From contig SUPR01000001.1 in NCBI GenBank assembly GCA_005191425.1, forward strand, positions 5,762 to 69,761: DNA of 64,000 bases, read 5' to 3'. The notes under the pieces were generated by a model, which was given only the letters and a program-made list of their open reading frames with translations, had not been told where the DNA came from and made no database searches. The stretch is from Candidatus Helarchaeota ASGARD archaeon Hel_GB_B (GTDB lineage: Archaea > Asgardarchaeota > Lokiarchaeia > Helarchaeales > HEL-GB-B). The position numbers were made by a program, and so were the translations under genes. Of this stretch, positions 29,879 through 40,439 are shown piece by piece. Numbering within the stretch: position 1 is the first letter of the stretch; each line of letters starts with the position of its first letter.

Positions 29879-31082
29879 AAGTAGTAGTAAAAAGTCTACT
29901 GTAAAAAAGAAAACTACTAAAAATTCCAATAAAAAATTGACTAGTAAAAAAGAGGTTGAAAAAGAAAAAAAGAAGGAAATTTCAGAAGAATCATTAATTG
30001 TTATAGAAAATATTGATTTTTATGCAAATCAAATTTTAAAAGGATTTATTAATGGTAATCCAACCATAGAAATTCCAATTAGAGGAAAATCAAATGTTGA
30101 ATATGATGAAGAGAGGGGGATTATTAAAGTATTAGATAAATCAAAAGTTTCTGAACGATCTTTTCAAAATATTGCACATACAAAAAAATTTATGCAGTAC
30201 ATTATGGTCTTGAATTTTTGTAAAAAATTATTGAAGACAAACTCGACTTCTGATTTAAGAGATTTATATTATAGTTTAAAGAGAAAAATACCAGGGACAA
30301 GAAATAAAACATTTGATTCACAAGAAGAATCAAATCCAATTATTGAAGATATAGAAGTAGCTATGGACATATGGAGAGAACGATTACATATTTCTGCAGA
30401 TCCAAAGGGGTACATCGTTGGTGATATTATTTTTACTCAAAAATTAAAAAATAAAGACCAAAGAATTGATTGTAATGAGATGGGTACCGGTTGGGGAATT
30501 CCGAGTAATGTAGAAAGGGACATTTTAGAAATAGAAAATGTAAATGCAAAATATTTATTGGCTATTGAATCTGCAGGAATGTACAGCAGACTGGTTGAGG
30601 AAAATTTTCATGAAAATAATAAGTGTATATTAATTGCATTAAAAGGCCAAGCAAGTAGAGGGACTAGAAGATTAATAAATCGGATTGCTTATGAAAAGAA
30701 TATACCAGTTTATGTATTCGTAGATGGAGATCCATGGGGTTTTTATATTTATTCAGTGCTTAAATTCGGTAGTATGTCGTTATCTTTTATAGGGAGTAAA
30801 CTGGCTACACCTAAAGCAAAATTTATTGGAATGACGATGGAGGATATAAGCGACTATAAGTTAGAAGATTCAACTCATCCGTTAAGTAAAGTAGACATTA
30901 AAAGAATAGATGACCTATTGGATTTACCATGGTTCCAAAATGATGAATGGCAAACTGAACTAAAATTGATGAAAAAAATTCAAAAACGTATCGAACAACA
31001 GGCGCTTGCATCAAGGTCGTTAGATTTTGTAGCCACGACTTATTTACCTGAAAAAATTAAAAATAAGAAATTTTTACCTTAA
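29850..31082 (+). CDS. top6A: DNA topoisomerase VI subunit A (Spo11 family)
   Basis: CAP/winged-helix with catalytic Tyr context RDLYYSL. Toprim domain with AIESAGMYSRL (Glu) and FVDGDPWGFYI (DxD). Lys-rich N-terminal tail; the start may be the internal Met at 29859. Confidence 0.85.
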   Translation: MIKMSTKRVRSSSKKSTVKKKTTKNSNKKLTSKKEVEKEKKKEISEESLIVIENIDFYANQILKGFINGNPTIEIPIRGKSNVEYDEERGIIKVLDKSKVSERSFQNIAHTKKFMQYIMVLNFCKKLLKTNSTSDLRDLYYSLKRKIPGTRNKTFDSQEESNPIIEDIEVAMDIWRERLHISADPKGYIVGDIIFTQKLKNKDQRIDCNEMGTGWGIPSNVERDILEIENVNAKYLLAIESAGMYSRLVEENFHENNKCILIALKGQASRGTRRLINRIAYEKNIPVYVFVDGDPWGFYIYSVLKFGSMSLSFIGSKLATPKAKFIGMTMEDISDYKLEDSTHPLSKVDIKRIDDLLDLPWFQNDEWQTELKLMKKIQKRIEQQALASRSLDFVATTYLPEKIKNKKFLP

Positions 31083-31954
31083 TTAGAAAATTTTTGTTCA
31101 TATTTTAAATTACGTTGTTTTCGCTCTTCTGCGAGTTGTTTTAGAAATTCTAGTTGACGGAATCCCCAACGAGCTCTTCCAATAGAGACACCTGGAGCCC
31201 AAGTCCTTAGTATATCTAATTCTTCTTGTGTTGGAAGTGGTGTTTGTTTCAAATCATCAGCAACTTTTAAGTCCCAAGGGACAGAACGAAGTAACTTTTT
31301 TAGGTTCACTTTAGGGTGTATAGACTCTAGATAAATTTCTTTAGTATCTTTTTCGAATTTAAAAACACCTTTTTGAGTAATAACGGCATGCGGCCCACCA
31401 GGAAGTCCTGCTTCTTCGCGAGAATTTCCTCCTTTTAGCCAGCCGGGCGTGGTAATATATGGTAATTCATTAACAAATCTACCATGTCGCATCATAATAA
31501 CAATTCTTTTCGCATAACCACCAATTTCATTAGCACCACCAGAACCAGCTATACGTTTATCGGGGAAACGTTGAAAAGAAGTATTAATATTTCCATATTT
31601 ATCTATTTGAGAGGCGCCTAGAAATCCCACATCAAAATATCCGCCAAATAAATAATAGCCGAAAATTTCGATTAGTTCACAAGATGCAGCACAACCTTTC
31701 ATTGCGGTCATATCAGCTATGTGTATAGGAGGTCGATACAAGTTAAATTCAATTATTCCTCCTTCCATAATTAAAGTGAGGTTTTTTCCAGATTTTTTAG
31801 CTAATAATGCAGCAAGAATAGGATAGCCTTGCCCTACGAATACGACATCTCCATCATTTAATTCGCGAGAGGCAGCAGAACACATAATTTCTTCATATGT
31901 AAGTTTAATCGTTTTAATTTTCATCAACCTCCACTTCAAACATTTCAGGTGCAT
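31079..31954 (-). CDS. CoA-transferase family I, beta subunit (glutaconate/3-oxoacid CoA-transferase B-like)
   Basis: DGDVVFVGQGYPILAALLAK...YYLFGGYFDVGFLGASQID is typical of subunit B. The true start is probably the internal Met at ~31924, giving an 11-nt overlap with the alpha-subunit stop. Confidence 0.55.
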   Translation of the reverse strand: MHLKCLKWRLMKIKTIKLTYEEIMCSAASRELNDGDVVFVGQGYPILAALLAKKSGKNLTLIMEGGIIEFNLYRPPIHIADMTAMKGCAASCELIEIFGYYLFGGYFDVGFLGASQIDKYGNINTSFQRFPDKRIAGSGGANEIGGYAKRIVIMMRHGRFVNELPYITTPGWLKGGNSREEAGLPGGPHAVITQKGVFKFEKDTKEIYLESIHPKVNLKKLLRSVPWDLKVADDLKQTPLPTQEELDILRTWAPGVSIGRARWGFRQLEFLKQLAEERKQRNLKYEQKFSN

Positions 31955-32936
31955 CTAAAATATCATCCATTTTCAGTTCAAGGAGCTCCATATCCTTTAG
32001 AAATGAAGAACCTAAATTGACAGATGCAGAAGGATAGACCCTAGCTCGGAGTTTATGCAAAGGTTGCATACCATAGACGTCAGTATAATGTTCGATATAA
32101 TGATATCGATCTTCAATATTATAAATCCATTCATCTACCCAAGAGGAGAAGAGAGATTTTGAAACAGATGCAGCTGAATATAGTCCTACCATCATCCTAT
32201 CCATATCATAATAACCAAGGACTTCTGATGGGTGAGCACCCCAAGGTTCAATACATATTGCATCAACTCTAAAACCAGGAATGATAGTATTATTAGGCGA
32301 TAATCTTACAACTTCACGGGGTACCATTTCCTCAGCCGAAACAATAATTCTTTTACTTGCAAGAGCTCCATGTTTAACAGTACCAAGAGCACCCCAAAGT
32401 TGAGCATTTCCATCTTGATCAACTCTTTGGCAATGGACAATTGCAACATCAGGTTTTATTGCAGGGACAAGAAGTACTTTTTCTTTAGGATTAAACGGAT
32501 TGTCAATTAATTTAAACATTCCTTCTTTATGACGATTCCAGATATCAGTATATAAAATAGATGGTTTTGCTGGAAAAAATGGTAAATTTAATGCACCAGC
32601 CATTAGCATTGCAGCTACAGTATAATTGGTATAATCTTGAACTTCAATATTATATTCAACTACTCCTCTATCAAAGGCTCTCTGCCCTTTAACTATTCTA
32701 TATGACCATGATGAAATGACTTTTTTAAGGCAACCACAGCCTGCCAGCAAATCAAGCTCGTGCATACAAGTGGCTTGTACTGCAGTTAAATTTTTCTTTT
32801 TTTGTCTAATTATTTCATGTATTAATGCATATGGTCCTGCAGTACCACAGCTTGTAATTGATAAAGTATCTCCATCATGGACAAATTTTTTAATTGCTTC
32901 TTTTGTGGACATTAATTTGGGAGATTCATTTATCAT
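31914..32936 (-). CDS. CoA-transferase family I, alpha subunit (GctA-like)
   Basis: STKEAIKKFVHDGDTLSITSCGTAGPYALIHEI is a subunit-A N-terminal signature. Paired with the beta subunit immediately downstream. Confidence 0.55.
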   Translation of the reverse strand: MINESPKLMSTKEAIKKFVHDGDTLSITSCGTAGPYALIHEIIRQKKKNLTAVQATCMHELDLLAGCGCLKKVISSWSYRIVKGQRAFDRGVVEYNIEVQDYTNYTVAAMLMAGALNLPFFPAKPSILYTDIWNRHKEGMFKLIDNPFNPKEKVLLVPAIKPDVAIVHCQRVDQDGNAQLWGALGTVKHGALASKRIIVSAEEMVPREVVRLSPNNTIIPGFRVDAICIEPWGAHPSEVLGYYDMDRMMVGLYSAASVSKSLFSSWVDEWIYNIEDRYHYIEHYTDVYGMQPLHKLRARVYPSASVNLGSSFLKDMELLELKMDDILDAPEMFEVEVDEN

Positions 32937-33332
32937 TTTTGTACACTTTTTTCTTAAAAGAATATAGATTAAATATTAAAATTTTTTATTTCATAGAAGA
33001 TTTTTTGAATTTTATTATATAAATTAAAATTAATTATAGAAATGGAAATAGAAAATTAAACATTAGAATAATATGGTAAATTTTATAATATTTTCTGGAT
33101 GTTTTGAATCTATAAATAATTAAAGAATAATAAATACTCTTAAAAATATATGAGAATTTCAAAATCAAAGTATTTAAAATAATTTTAATATTTAGTTTTT
33201 TTCCAATAAAATTAATAATTAAAATAAAAAATATTAAGGAAAAGGTTTTTTTTACTTTAATACATGAAGTTTAATAGAAGATCCTTTAAATTAATAATGT
33301 ATACAAAAAAATAAAAATAAAAGTAGGTTCAA

Positions 33333-34751
33333 TTGACGATTACTATAATGAAATTTGGCGGAAGTTGTCTGAAAGACGCTGGTTCATTTAAAAAAACATT
33401 ATCTGCAATTAAAAAATTTAAGAACGATAAATTAGTACTAGTTTGTTCAGCCCTTAATGGAGTTACTAATTATTTATTGGAAACAAGTTTAGAGATTGAA
33501 AACAGAACATATAAACCTGAAGAACGATTAGCTTTTTTAAGAAACAGACATATAGAACTTGCCAAAAATGTAATATCTAATAAAAAATTTTTGGAACAAT
33601 GTATAAAATTTATTGAAAATTCACTTGAAAGGTTACAAAATACATTATACGGAGTATACGAAATAGGTTCTACGACTCGCTCCACAGATTTTATACTCTC
33701 GTTCGGTGAGCGTTTATCGACATATATATTATATGAATTTTTGCAATCAAATAATTTTAAAGCAGAATACAAGAGCGCTGACAAGTTCATTTATACAAAT
33801 ATTGAGTATAAGAACCAATTGCCTTTATTTGAAAAAAGTAAAGAAGCAATTTTAGAAGAATTCAAAGAATCAATTAAAGATAGAATTTGTGTAGTAACAG
33901 GCTACATTTCAAGAAATATAAGAGGAAATGTAACAACTTTAGGAAGAGGAGGTAGCGACTTAACCGCGACGATATTAGGTTATAGCTTAAAAGATTTAGA
34001 CACAGACATTAAAATAATTTTATGGAAAGATGTCCCAGGGCTTTTAACAGCAAATCCAAAAGTAGAAAACAAAGCGAGGCTCATTAAAACAATTTCTTTT
34101 GAAGAAGCGCGCGAAATGGCTTATTTTGGGTCAAAAGTTTTACACCCATTATGTATAATTCCGGCACAAAAAGCTGGAATTCCCATCGAATTACGAAACA
34201 TTAATGACCAAAATTCTGAGATGTTTACTACAATAGGAAATTTTAGGAGAGGCCCAGAAACGCATAAATTGCATCCCGTAAAAGCAATTACTTCATCTAA
34301 TGCAGCAATGATTACTGTTAGTGGTGAAGCAATGGTATCATTGCCAGGGACTGCAGCTCGAATATTTAATGTTATGGGAGATAATAATATTAATGTAATA
34401 ATGATTTCACAAAGCTCGTCTGAAAATAATATTACATTTTTAGTAGAAGACAAGGAAAATGAAATATCTAAAGCAAAAACAGCTCTTGAAAATTCTGAAT
34501 TTTTCGGAAAAAAATTTTTTGATATTAAAATTGATGATAATGTTAGTTTAATAGCAGTAGTTGGACCAATGGCATATATCCCGGGTATTGCAGGAAAATT
34601 GTTTAGTTTAATGGGTGAAAATAAAATTAATATACGTGCTATAGCTCAAGGTAGCTCTGAATTAAATATTTCGTTCGTTATCGATAGAGACCAATGTCAG
34701 AAAGCAATTAAAATAATTCATGAAGGATTTGAATTATATAAAGAAAATTAA
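33333..34751 (+). CDS. lysC: Aspartate kinase with two C-terminal ACT domains
   Basis: MKFGGSCLKD..., LVCSALNGVTN, GRGGSDLTATILG; tandem ACT-like C-terminus. The likely start is the Met at ~33348 (MKFGG). Confidence 0.8.
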   Translation: MTITIMKFGGSCLKDAGSFKKTLSAIKKFKNDKLVLVCSALNGVTNYLLETSLEIENRTYKPEERLAFLRNRHIELAKNVISNKKFLEQCIKFIENSLERLQNTLYGVYEIGSTTRSTDFILSFGERLSTYILYEFLQSNNFKAEYKSADKFIYTNIEYKNQLPLFEKSKEAILEEFKESIKDRICVVTGYISRNIRGNVTTLGRGGSDLTATILGYSLKDLDTDIKIILWKDVPGLLTANPKVENKARLIKTISFEEAREMAYFGSKVLHPLCIIPAQKAGIPIELRNINDQNSEMFTTIGNFRRGPETHKLHPVKAITSSNAAMITVSGEAMVSLPGTAARIFNVMGDNNINVIMISQSSSENNITFLVEDKENEISKAKTALENSEFFGKKFFDIKIDDNVSLIAVVGPMAYIPGIAGKLFSLMGENKINIRAIAQGSSELNISFVIDRDQCQKAIKIIHEGFELYKEN

Positions 34752-34762
34752 GGGAGGAAAAA

Positions 34763-35338
34763 TTGCATATTAATACACATATTGCTCTTGGGATCATAAT
34801 AACATTATTATACTCATATTTATTAAATCCCATATTTATAGAAGTGTTTATCGTATTTTGTTTTAGCTTTTTAATTGATTTCGATTTTATACTATCAAAA
34901 TATGCAAAAAATAGAAATCATCGAGTACTACCTACACATGGAATAATGATTTATTTATTTCTAATCCCATTCGGTTTCTTATTACCAATTTTCTTTTTTT
35001 TAAGTGTTGCAGGTGTTGTTCATGTATTTATAGATTGTATTGATTGGGGGACAGCCATATTAAGTCCCTTTTCTAAGAAGATCTATTTTGGAATACTCCC
35101 CAAACCACCTGAAAATATTATCTCTGAAAAATCGTTAAATAAGAGGCAATGCTGGTTTACTTTAACATATTATAAATCAAAAATTTTAATGAGTATTGAA
35201 ATAATCATTTTTATAATTTCAATTATTTCTATTATATTAATCAATTTTTTTTATTGGTGGTTTTTAATTTTTTATTTTCTTTTTCTTTTTATTCATTTAT
35301 TTTCTTTCTATAAATGTAAAAACTTAAAAGATAAATAG
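34763..35338 (+). CDS. Integral membrane protein (possibly a DUF457-like membrane-bound metal-dependent hydrolase)
   Basis: MHINTHIALG N-terminus and 4-5 hydrophobic helices; no strong motif. Confidence 0.35.
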   Translation: MHINTHIALGIIITLLYSYLLNPIFIEVFIVFCFSFLIDFDFILSKYAKNRNHRVLPTHGIMIYLFLIPFGFLLPIFFFLSVAGVVHVFIDCIDWGTAILSPFSKKIYFGILPKPPENIISEKSLNKRQCWFTLTYYKSKILMSIEIIIFIISIISIILINFFYWWFLIFYFLFLFIHLFSFYKCKNLKDK

Positions 35339-35392
35339 AAAAGAGTCCAATTTATAGAATAATATTTTAAAAATATTTTTGAAGTGTAAATT

Positions 35393-36157
35393 ATGTTACA
35401 TTCATTTCATGTTATTGAGAAAATAAGTGGAAGATCAATTTTTTCTAAATTATTTAAAGAGTTATTGATAGATCCAGCACTATTAAGTGGGTTTCTTTCA
35501 GCTATGAATTCATTTGCAATGAGTGAATTAGCAGATAAGGGAATTGAAAATATTGATATGAAAAATATTCGTTGGGTTTATATTGATGATAAAGATTTAT
35601 TATTTATTATTGGCGCAGATAAAGAAGATGAAGCAGAAATGCTAAAGAACCAACTAAAAGTCCTCAAGGATTCTTTTATTGAGTTTTTTTACATCAAGGA
35701 TGGGTTCAGTAATATCAACTGGGATGGTAATACAACTATTTTCCAAGATTTTGAGCCTGTTTTGGAGGAAAATGTTAAGAGCTGGGAAGAAGCTAAAAAA
35801 GTAAAAAATGCAGCAGCATTAATGGACTTGCTAGATATTTATCAAAATTTATTTGCTAAGCTTGCATTATTTCCAGAAGCAAAACCACTTGATTTAGAAA
35901 ATATCGATATCATGGAAATGGCATTTGATGAACAAAATGCATCATGGAACGTCCATAAATTAGCTAAATTAGATGAACAAGATTTAAGAGCGAAACTTAA
36001 GGACGTAATCAGTAAATTTGTAATAATTTTGCAAAAAACTGCAAAAGATTATTATACCAAAATCAAGACCTTTGTTTTTCCATACATTAGAGAAGATTGG
36101 CAACGAATTAAAGATGCTAAAATGGACGAAGATATAATTAATTTATTCTTAACTTAG
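35393..36157 (+). CDS. Hypothetical protein with an N-terminal longin/roadblock-like domain
   Basis: Residues 1-100 (LLSGFLSAMNSFAMSELAD...WVYIDDKDLLFIIGADKEDEAEMLKNQLKVLKDSFIEFF) follow a beta-beta-alpha-beta-beta-alpha longin/roadblock-type pattern. The rest is a helical acidic region. Confidence 0.35.
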   Translation: MLHSFHVIEKISGRSIFSKLFKELLIDPALLSGFLSAMNSFAMSELADKGIENIDMKNIRWVYIDDKDLLFIIGADKEDEAEMLKNQLKVLKDSFIEFFYIKDGFSNINWDGNTTIFQDFEPVLEENVKSWEEAKKVKNAAALMDLLDIYQNLFAKLALFPEAKPLDLENIDIMEMAFDEQNASWNVHKLAKLDEQDLRAKLKDVISKFVIILQKTAKDYYTKIKTFVFPYIREDWQRIKDAKMDEDIINLFLT

Positions 36158-36466
36158 ATAATTGATAATTAAATTAAGAAATTTCTTGTTAATTTTCATT
36201 AAAAATTTCATATATAATAACATTCTATAAATCCAATTATATAATCAATTATCTTTCACGAAAAATTTATATAATTTTCTTTCATTATGCAAAAATTGTA
36301 ATTAATATGAATAAATTTAATAAATCATAATTCAAATTTATATTATCAAGATGAATGAAATCCAAATTTTACAAATTTTAAAATGGATTAGAGAAACGAT
36401 AGCTCAATTCAAGAAAGAACCTAATTTTTTCTTTATTAAATTTTTTTGACTTGGTGAAGATATTTA

Positions 36467-37153
36467 ATGAAAAAAAAATCAAAAGAAAATAATTTAAATA
36501 ACGATAATAAAAAAGAAACCCATTTAAAGTTCATTAAAAAATGGAAAGAATATACAGAAGTTACTAATGCAGGGCCAATATATAGACGATTTTTTGTAAA
36601 AAATGGTTTTGATGGAGCTCTTACAATTTTAGGCGTTATAATTGGCGCTTGGCTTGCAAATGGAGGTTTATGGGAAATACCCGCAAGTTTAATTTTTTCA
36701 GCCCAAGAAGTCCAATTTATAATATTGACAGGGCTTGGCGCTTCACTTTCAATGGGTATTTCAGGTCTTTGGGGTAGTTTTTTGACAGAATCTGCAGAAA
36801 GGAAAAAAGAATTGGATGATTTAGAAAAATCAATGGTAGTAACAAAAGGAAAATTTAAAAATACATATATTACTAGAGCTCAGCGTTTTGCAGCGATCTT
36901 TGCAGCTATAATAGATGGGGTCTCGCCAGCTATATTTGCAATAATTTGTTTGATTCCATTTTTTGTTGGGTTTTTCTTCCCCTTAGGATATTTTATTTTT
37001 ATTGGTTCATTGATTCTAACATATTTGATGCTATTTTTACTGGGAACTTTTCTTGGAAAAATATCTAAAAAGAACATTTTAATTTATGGCTTAAAAATGG
37101 CTTCTGCAGGAGTTGTTGTAGCACTTATTTTCATGTTTCTACCGACAGCATAA
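36467..37153 (+). CDS. VIT1/CCC1-family membrane protein (putative Fe/Mn transporter)
   Basis: NGFDGALTILGVIIG resembles the ANDGLVS motif of the VIT family. Two hydrophobic blocks separated by a cytoplasmic helical segment. Confidence 0.4.
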   Translation: MKKKSKENNLNNDNKKETHLKFIKKWKEYTEVTNAGPIYRRFFVKNGFDGALTILGVIIGAWLANGGLWEIPASLIFSAQEVQFIILTGLGASLSMGISGLWGSFLTESAERKKELDDLEKSMVVTKGKFKNTYITRAQRFAAIFAAIIDGVSPAIFAIICLIPFFVGFFFPLGYFIFIGSLILTYLMLFLLGTFLGKISKKNILIYGLKMASAGVVVALIFMFLPTA

Positions 37154-37473
37154 TATCTATAATAATCAAAATTAATTATTTTTGACTTTTTACAAAATCC
37201 TATGCTTTAAAAATTAAACACTTTTCATTTTAATATTTTTTCACTATTTTTCCACCGCAATTCTCTATTTCTTTTAATACAAGTCCCATCCATCTTTCTA
37301 ACATTTTTCTCCTATTTCCCCCTTTCAACATAATAAGAAAAACAGTCCCGAAATCTTTTAATAAAGTGGACGGGATAGAGGCGTTTGGGGTCACGCCAAT
37401 ATCTGTTCGTATAGAATAAAAATAAAATTTATTTTCCTATTATTAGCATAGGAAAATGAATAAACCCTTATTT

Positions 37474-38112
37474 TTATATTTTTATGTCTAAATATTCTGA
37501 AATTAATTTTTTAAGTTCTGAATAGTTATTAGCTACTGGGAAATTTGGAAATTCTTTAACTACATTTGGAGGCGGACTAAAAAGAATACCAAACGTGGCA
37601 TCAGATAACATTCCAATATCATTATATGAATCACCTATTGCAATTACTTTGTAATTCATTTGAAGTAGTGCGTTAACTGTTTTTCGTTTCATGTCATTTA
37701 TTCTAATACGATAATTTTTGATCATTCCAGCATTATTTACTTCAAGGTCATGACACAATAAAGTCGGATAGTTCATTTTTTTCATTAATAACATACCAAA
37801 TTCAATAAAAGTATCAGAAACAATTAAAAATTGGGTATGTCTACGAAGCCATTCTATAAAATCAAGAGCACCTGGTAAAAGTTCCATTTCATTTATGATT
37901 TTTTGAATATCTTTTAGAGTGATATGACGCTCTTTTAAAATTCTTATACGATTTTTCATTAATTCATCATAATCAGAAATATCTCTGGTCGTAAGTTTTA
38001 ATTCCTCAATTCCAGTCTTCTTTGCAATATTGATCCAAATTTCGGGAGTGAAAATGCCTTCAAGATCTAAGCAAATCATGAACATAATAATTAGGGATGA
38101 TACAAAATTCAT
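37474..38112 (-). CDS. HAD-superfamily phosphatase (phosphoserine-phosphatase-like)
   Basis: Motif IV GDSYNDIGML; motif II LIVSDT; conserved Lys region. Motif I is atypical (LDLEGIFT). Confidence 0.65.
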   Translation of the reverse strand: MNFVSSLIIMFMICLDLEGIFTPEIWINIAKKTGIEELKLTTRDISDYDELMKNRIRILKERHITLKDIQKIINEMELLPGALDFIEWLRRHTQFLIVSDTFIEFGMLLMKKMNYPTLLCHDLEVNNAGMIKNYRIRINDMKRKTVNALLQMNYKVIAIGDSYNDIGMLSDATFGILFSPPPNVVKEFPNFPVANNYSELKKLISEYLDIKI

Positions 38113-38247
38113 TTAAATGTTGCTTAAAAATATTCAGATTGAAATTGATATTGATTATTATTAAAACAAATTATTTAAAAATTATTTATCAATTTAAGAT
38201 TTATCTAAATAATAGTAAATTAAAATAAAAAAACTAAAATCTGGTAA

Positions 38248-38754
38248 GTGGAAATTTTGAATGTAGAAATGGAATTGGAATTGGTAGATTCTCCGGGTCA
38301 ACTAATAAAAATATTAGTACCAATTGGAAAGTTTGGTGGAAATATTATTAATATTTTTCATATTAGAGATCGCATAAAAAATAATTATGTTCCAGTTATT
38401 CTTAATTTTGATATCCCAGACATTAACAAATTAAATAAAATAAAAGAAAAATTACAAGAAATTGGAATCAAAATTATTAGATTAGAAAGAGATGTCGGTG
38501 CATATAAAGGACATGTTATTCTTATTGGTCATGTATTTGATTCAGATATTAATGATACAATAGATGAAGTAATTAATATTAACATTGAAAAAATTCAAAT
38601 AAGAAAAATAAGTGCATTAATTAGAGACCCAAAGAAGCCATCGTCCGTAAAATTTTTAATCCAAACAGAAACTGAAGATTTAATGGAAAAAGCATACCAG
38701 AAATTTGAAGAGATATCAAAACACAAAAATCTATTAATGATCAAGGAACTTTAA
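38248..38754 (+). CDS. Small ACT-domain-like protein preceding homoserine dehydrogenase
   Basis: Sits 5 nt upstream of hom, as in many archaea. Two beta-alpha-beta-beta-alpha-beta-like halves (ELELVDSPGQLIKIL...). Confidence 0.4.
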   Translation: MEILNVEMELELVDSPGQLIKILVPIGKFGGNIINIFHIRDRIKNNYVPVILNFDIPDINKLNKIKEKLQEIGIKIIRLERDVGAYKGHVILIGHVFDSDINDTIDEVININIEKIQIRKISALIRDPKKPSSVKFLIQTETEDLMEKAYQKFEEISKHKNLLMIKEL

Positions 38755-38759
38755 TAAAA

Positions 38760-39785
38760 ATGAAGGAATTTAAATTCATTATTATAGGATTTGGGACTGT
38801 AGGTCGGTCTTTAGCTAAATTGGTTGTTAAAAAAAATGAGCAATTTAAAAAGAAGTGGGGAATTAATCTCAAATGTGTTGCTATTTTTGAGTATAATGGC
38901 GCTTTTGTTGATGAAATAAATGGGCTCGATCTCAAGACCATAGTTGATTTGCCCCCAAATGAATTTAGTTCATCTCCAAATTGGAAAAATGGTTATCTTG
39001 CAAATGACCACTTAAATTCAATTGATAGTAATATAGTCGTTGAATTGACTAAAACCAATATTAAAGATGCAGAGCCGGCTTATACATATATTAAAACATC
39101 ACTGCTCAATAATAGAGATGTCGTGACTTCTAATAAAGGCCCATTATCATTATATTACCCAGAATTGATGAAAATAGTCAGCAGCAATAATAGACTGTTT
39201 AGGTTTGAAGCTTCTGTAGGGGGTATAATCCCAATTTTGGGGACTTATAAAAATTTGTTGCTGGCAAATAAAATAATAGCCATTTCAGGAATATTAAACG
39301 GGACATCTAATTACATTTTAACTAAAATGACACTTGAAAAAATACCATTTGATATCGCATTAAAAGAAGCTCAAGAAAATGGATATGCTGAAGCTGACCC
39401 TTCTTTAGACATTCAAGGTATTGATGCAGCCTCTAAGTTAGTAATCTTAGCAAATAGTATTTTAGGTTATGAATCCTCACTTTCAAATGTCAAAAGACAA
39501 GGGATTGATAAAATAACCCCTGAAGCAATAGAACTTGCAAGAGAAGAAAGATATGTAATCAAACATGTGGCAGTTGCAAGGGACGGAAAATTAGAAGTTG
39601 CGCCCAAATTAATTCCTGAAAATCATACCCTAAATATTAGTGGGACTAAAAACATTATCATATTAAAAACTGAAGAAGCTGGAGAAATTGTCCTTAGCGG
39701 AAGAGGAGCTGGCGGAATTGAAGCAGCTTCAGCTGTACTCTCCGATATTTTGTATATTTGTAAAACAAGAAAAAAAGAAATATAA
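38760..39785 (+). CDS. hom: Homoserine dehydrogenase
   Basis: NAD-binding IIGFGTVGRSLAKLV and catalytic region VVTSNKGPL. Length 341 aa. Confidence 0.8.
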   Translation: MKEFKFIIIGFGTVGRSLAKLVVKKNEQFKKKWGINLKCVAIFEYNGAFVDEINGLDLKTIVDLPPNEFSSSPNWKNGYLANDHLNSIDSNIVVELTKTNIKDAEPAYTYIKTSLLNNRDVVTSNKGPLSLYYPELMKIVSSNNRLFRFEASVGGIIPILGTYKNLLLANKIIAISGILNGTSNYILTKMTLEKIPFDIALKEAQENGYAEADPSLDIQGIDAASKLVILANSILGYESSLSNVKRQGIDKITPEAIELAREERYVIKHVAVARDGKLEVAPKLIPENHTLNISGTKNIIILKTEEAGEIVLSGRGAGGIEAASAVLSDILYICKTRKKEI

Positions 39786-39800
39786 TTTAAAATTTATACT

Positions 39801-40208
39801 TTAAAATGGACTCTGTAGTGGATTATACCCAGTTAATCCTAATATGACATTATTTGTAATTACGATAAATAGAATTGTTAAGAAGGAAATTAAAACTGCT
39901 TTTTGCCACTCAATGTCCATAAGCCAATAGGTCAGGAAAATCAGTATAAAAAAAGCAACATATGGACTTAGGTTCTGAAATAATTGAGTCATATAGGGAG
40001 GAATATAAATAGGTATCTGGTCTAGTGCCATTGCTAAATACGGGATTAATAATACAATGATAATTCCAAGTAATATAGAAACTGCAATTCGTCTTTTTGC
40101 TTTGTATTTGCCTGCAATTATAAGAACAGATAAATACATAGCTAAAATAGCAATTACTATCATTACCGTCAAATATATTAAATTTACAATCCACTCTAAT
40201 TGCATCAT
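39801..40208 (-). CDS. Small integral membrane protein (hypothetical)
   Basis: Four hydrophobic helices; no motif. Confidence 0.35.
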   Translation of the reverse strand: MMQLEWIVNLIYLTVMIVIAILAMYLSVLIIAGKYKAKRRIAVSILLGIIIVLLIPYLAMALDQIPIYIPPYMTQLFQNLSPYVAFFILIFLTYWLMDIEWQKAVLISFLTILFIVITNNVILGLTGYNPLQSPF

Positions 40209-40439
40209 AAACTTTTACACCTAAATTTAAATTTTAATATCAGTTATTAAAATTTTTTTTTAAAACGTTCAACACAATGTTTTAAAAATTCATATACAAA
40301 TTTGGATTTAATTAGATTTTGAATATTCTTTTAAAAAAGATTATAGTAAATTTTAGTATTTTATAAATTATGAGAAAACTTTAAATTTTTAGTTAAAAAA
40401 AAGTTTCTTAACCATAATAATAATAAAGGATTAATAAAA

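Noticed and set aside
31914-31954. Frameshift or pseudogene explanation for the 41-nt overlap between the CoA-transferase subunit genes
   Set aside because: An internal Met (about 31924) gives a normal-length beta subunit with only an 11-nt overlap, typical of translational coupling. There is no evidence of disruption.
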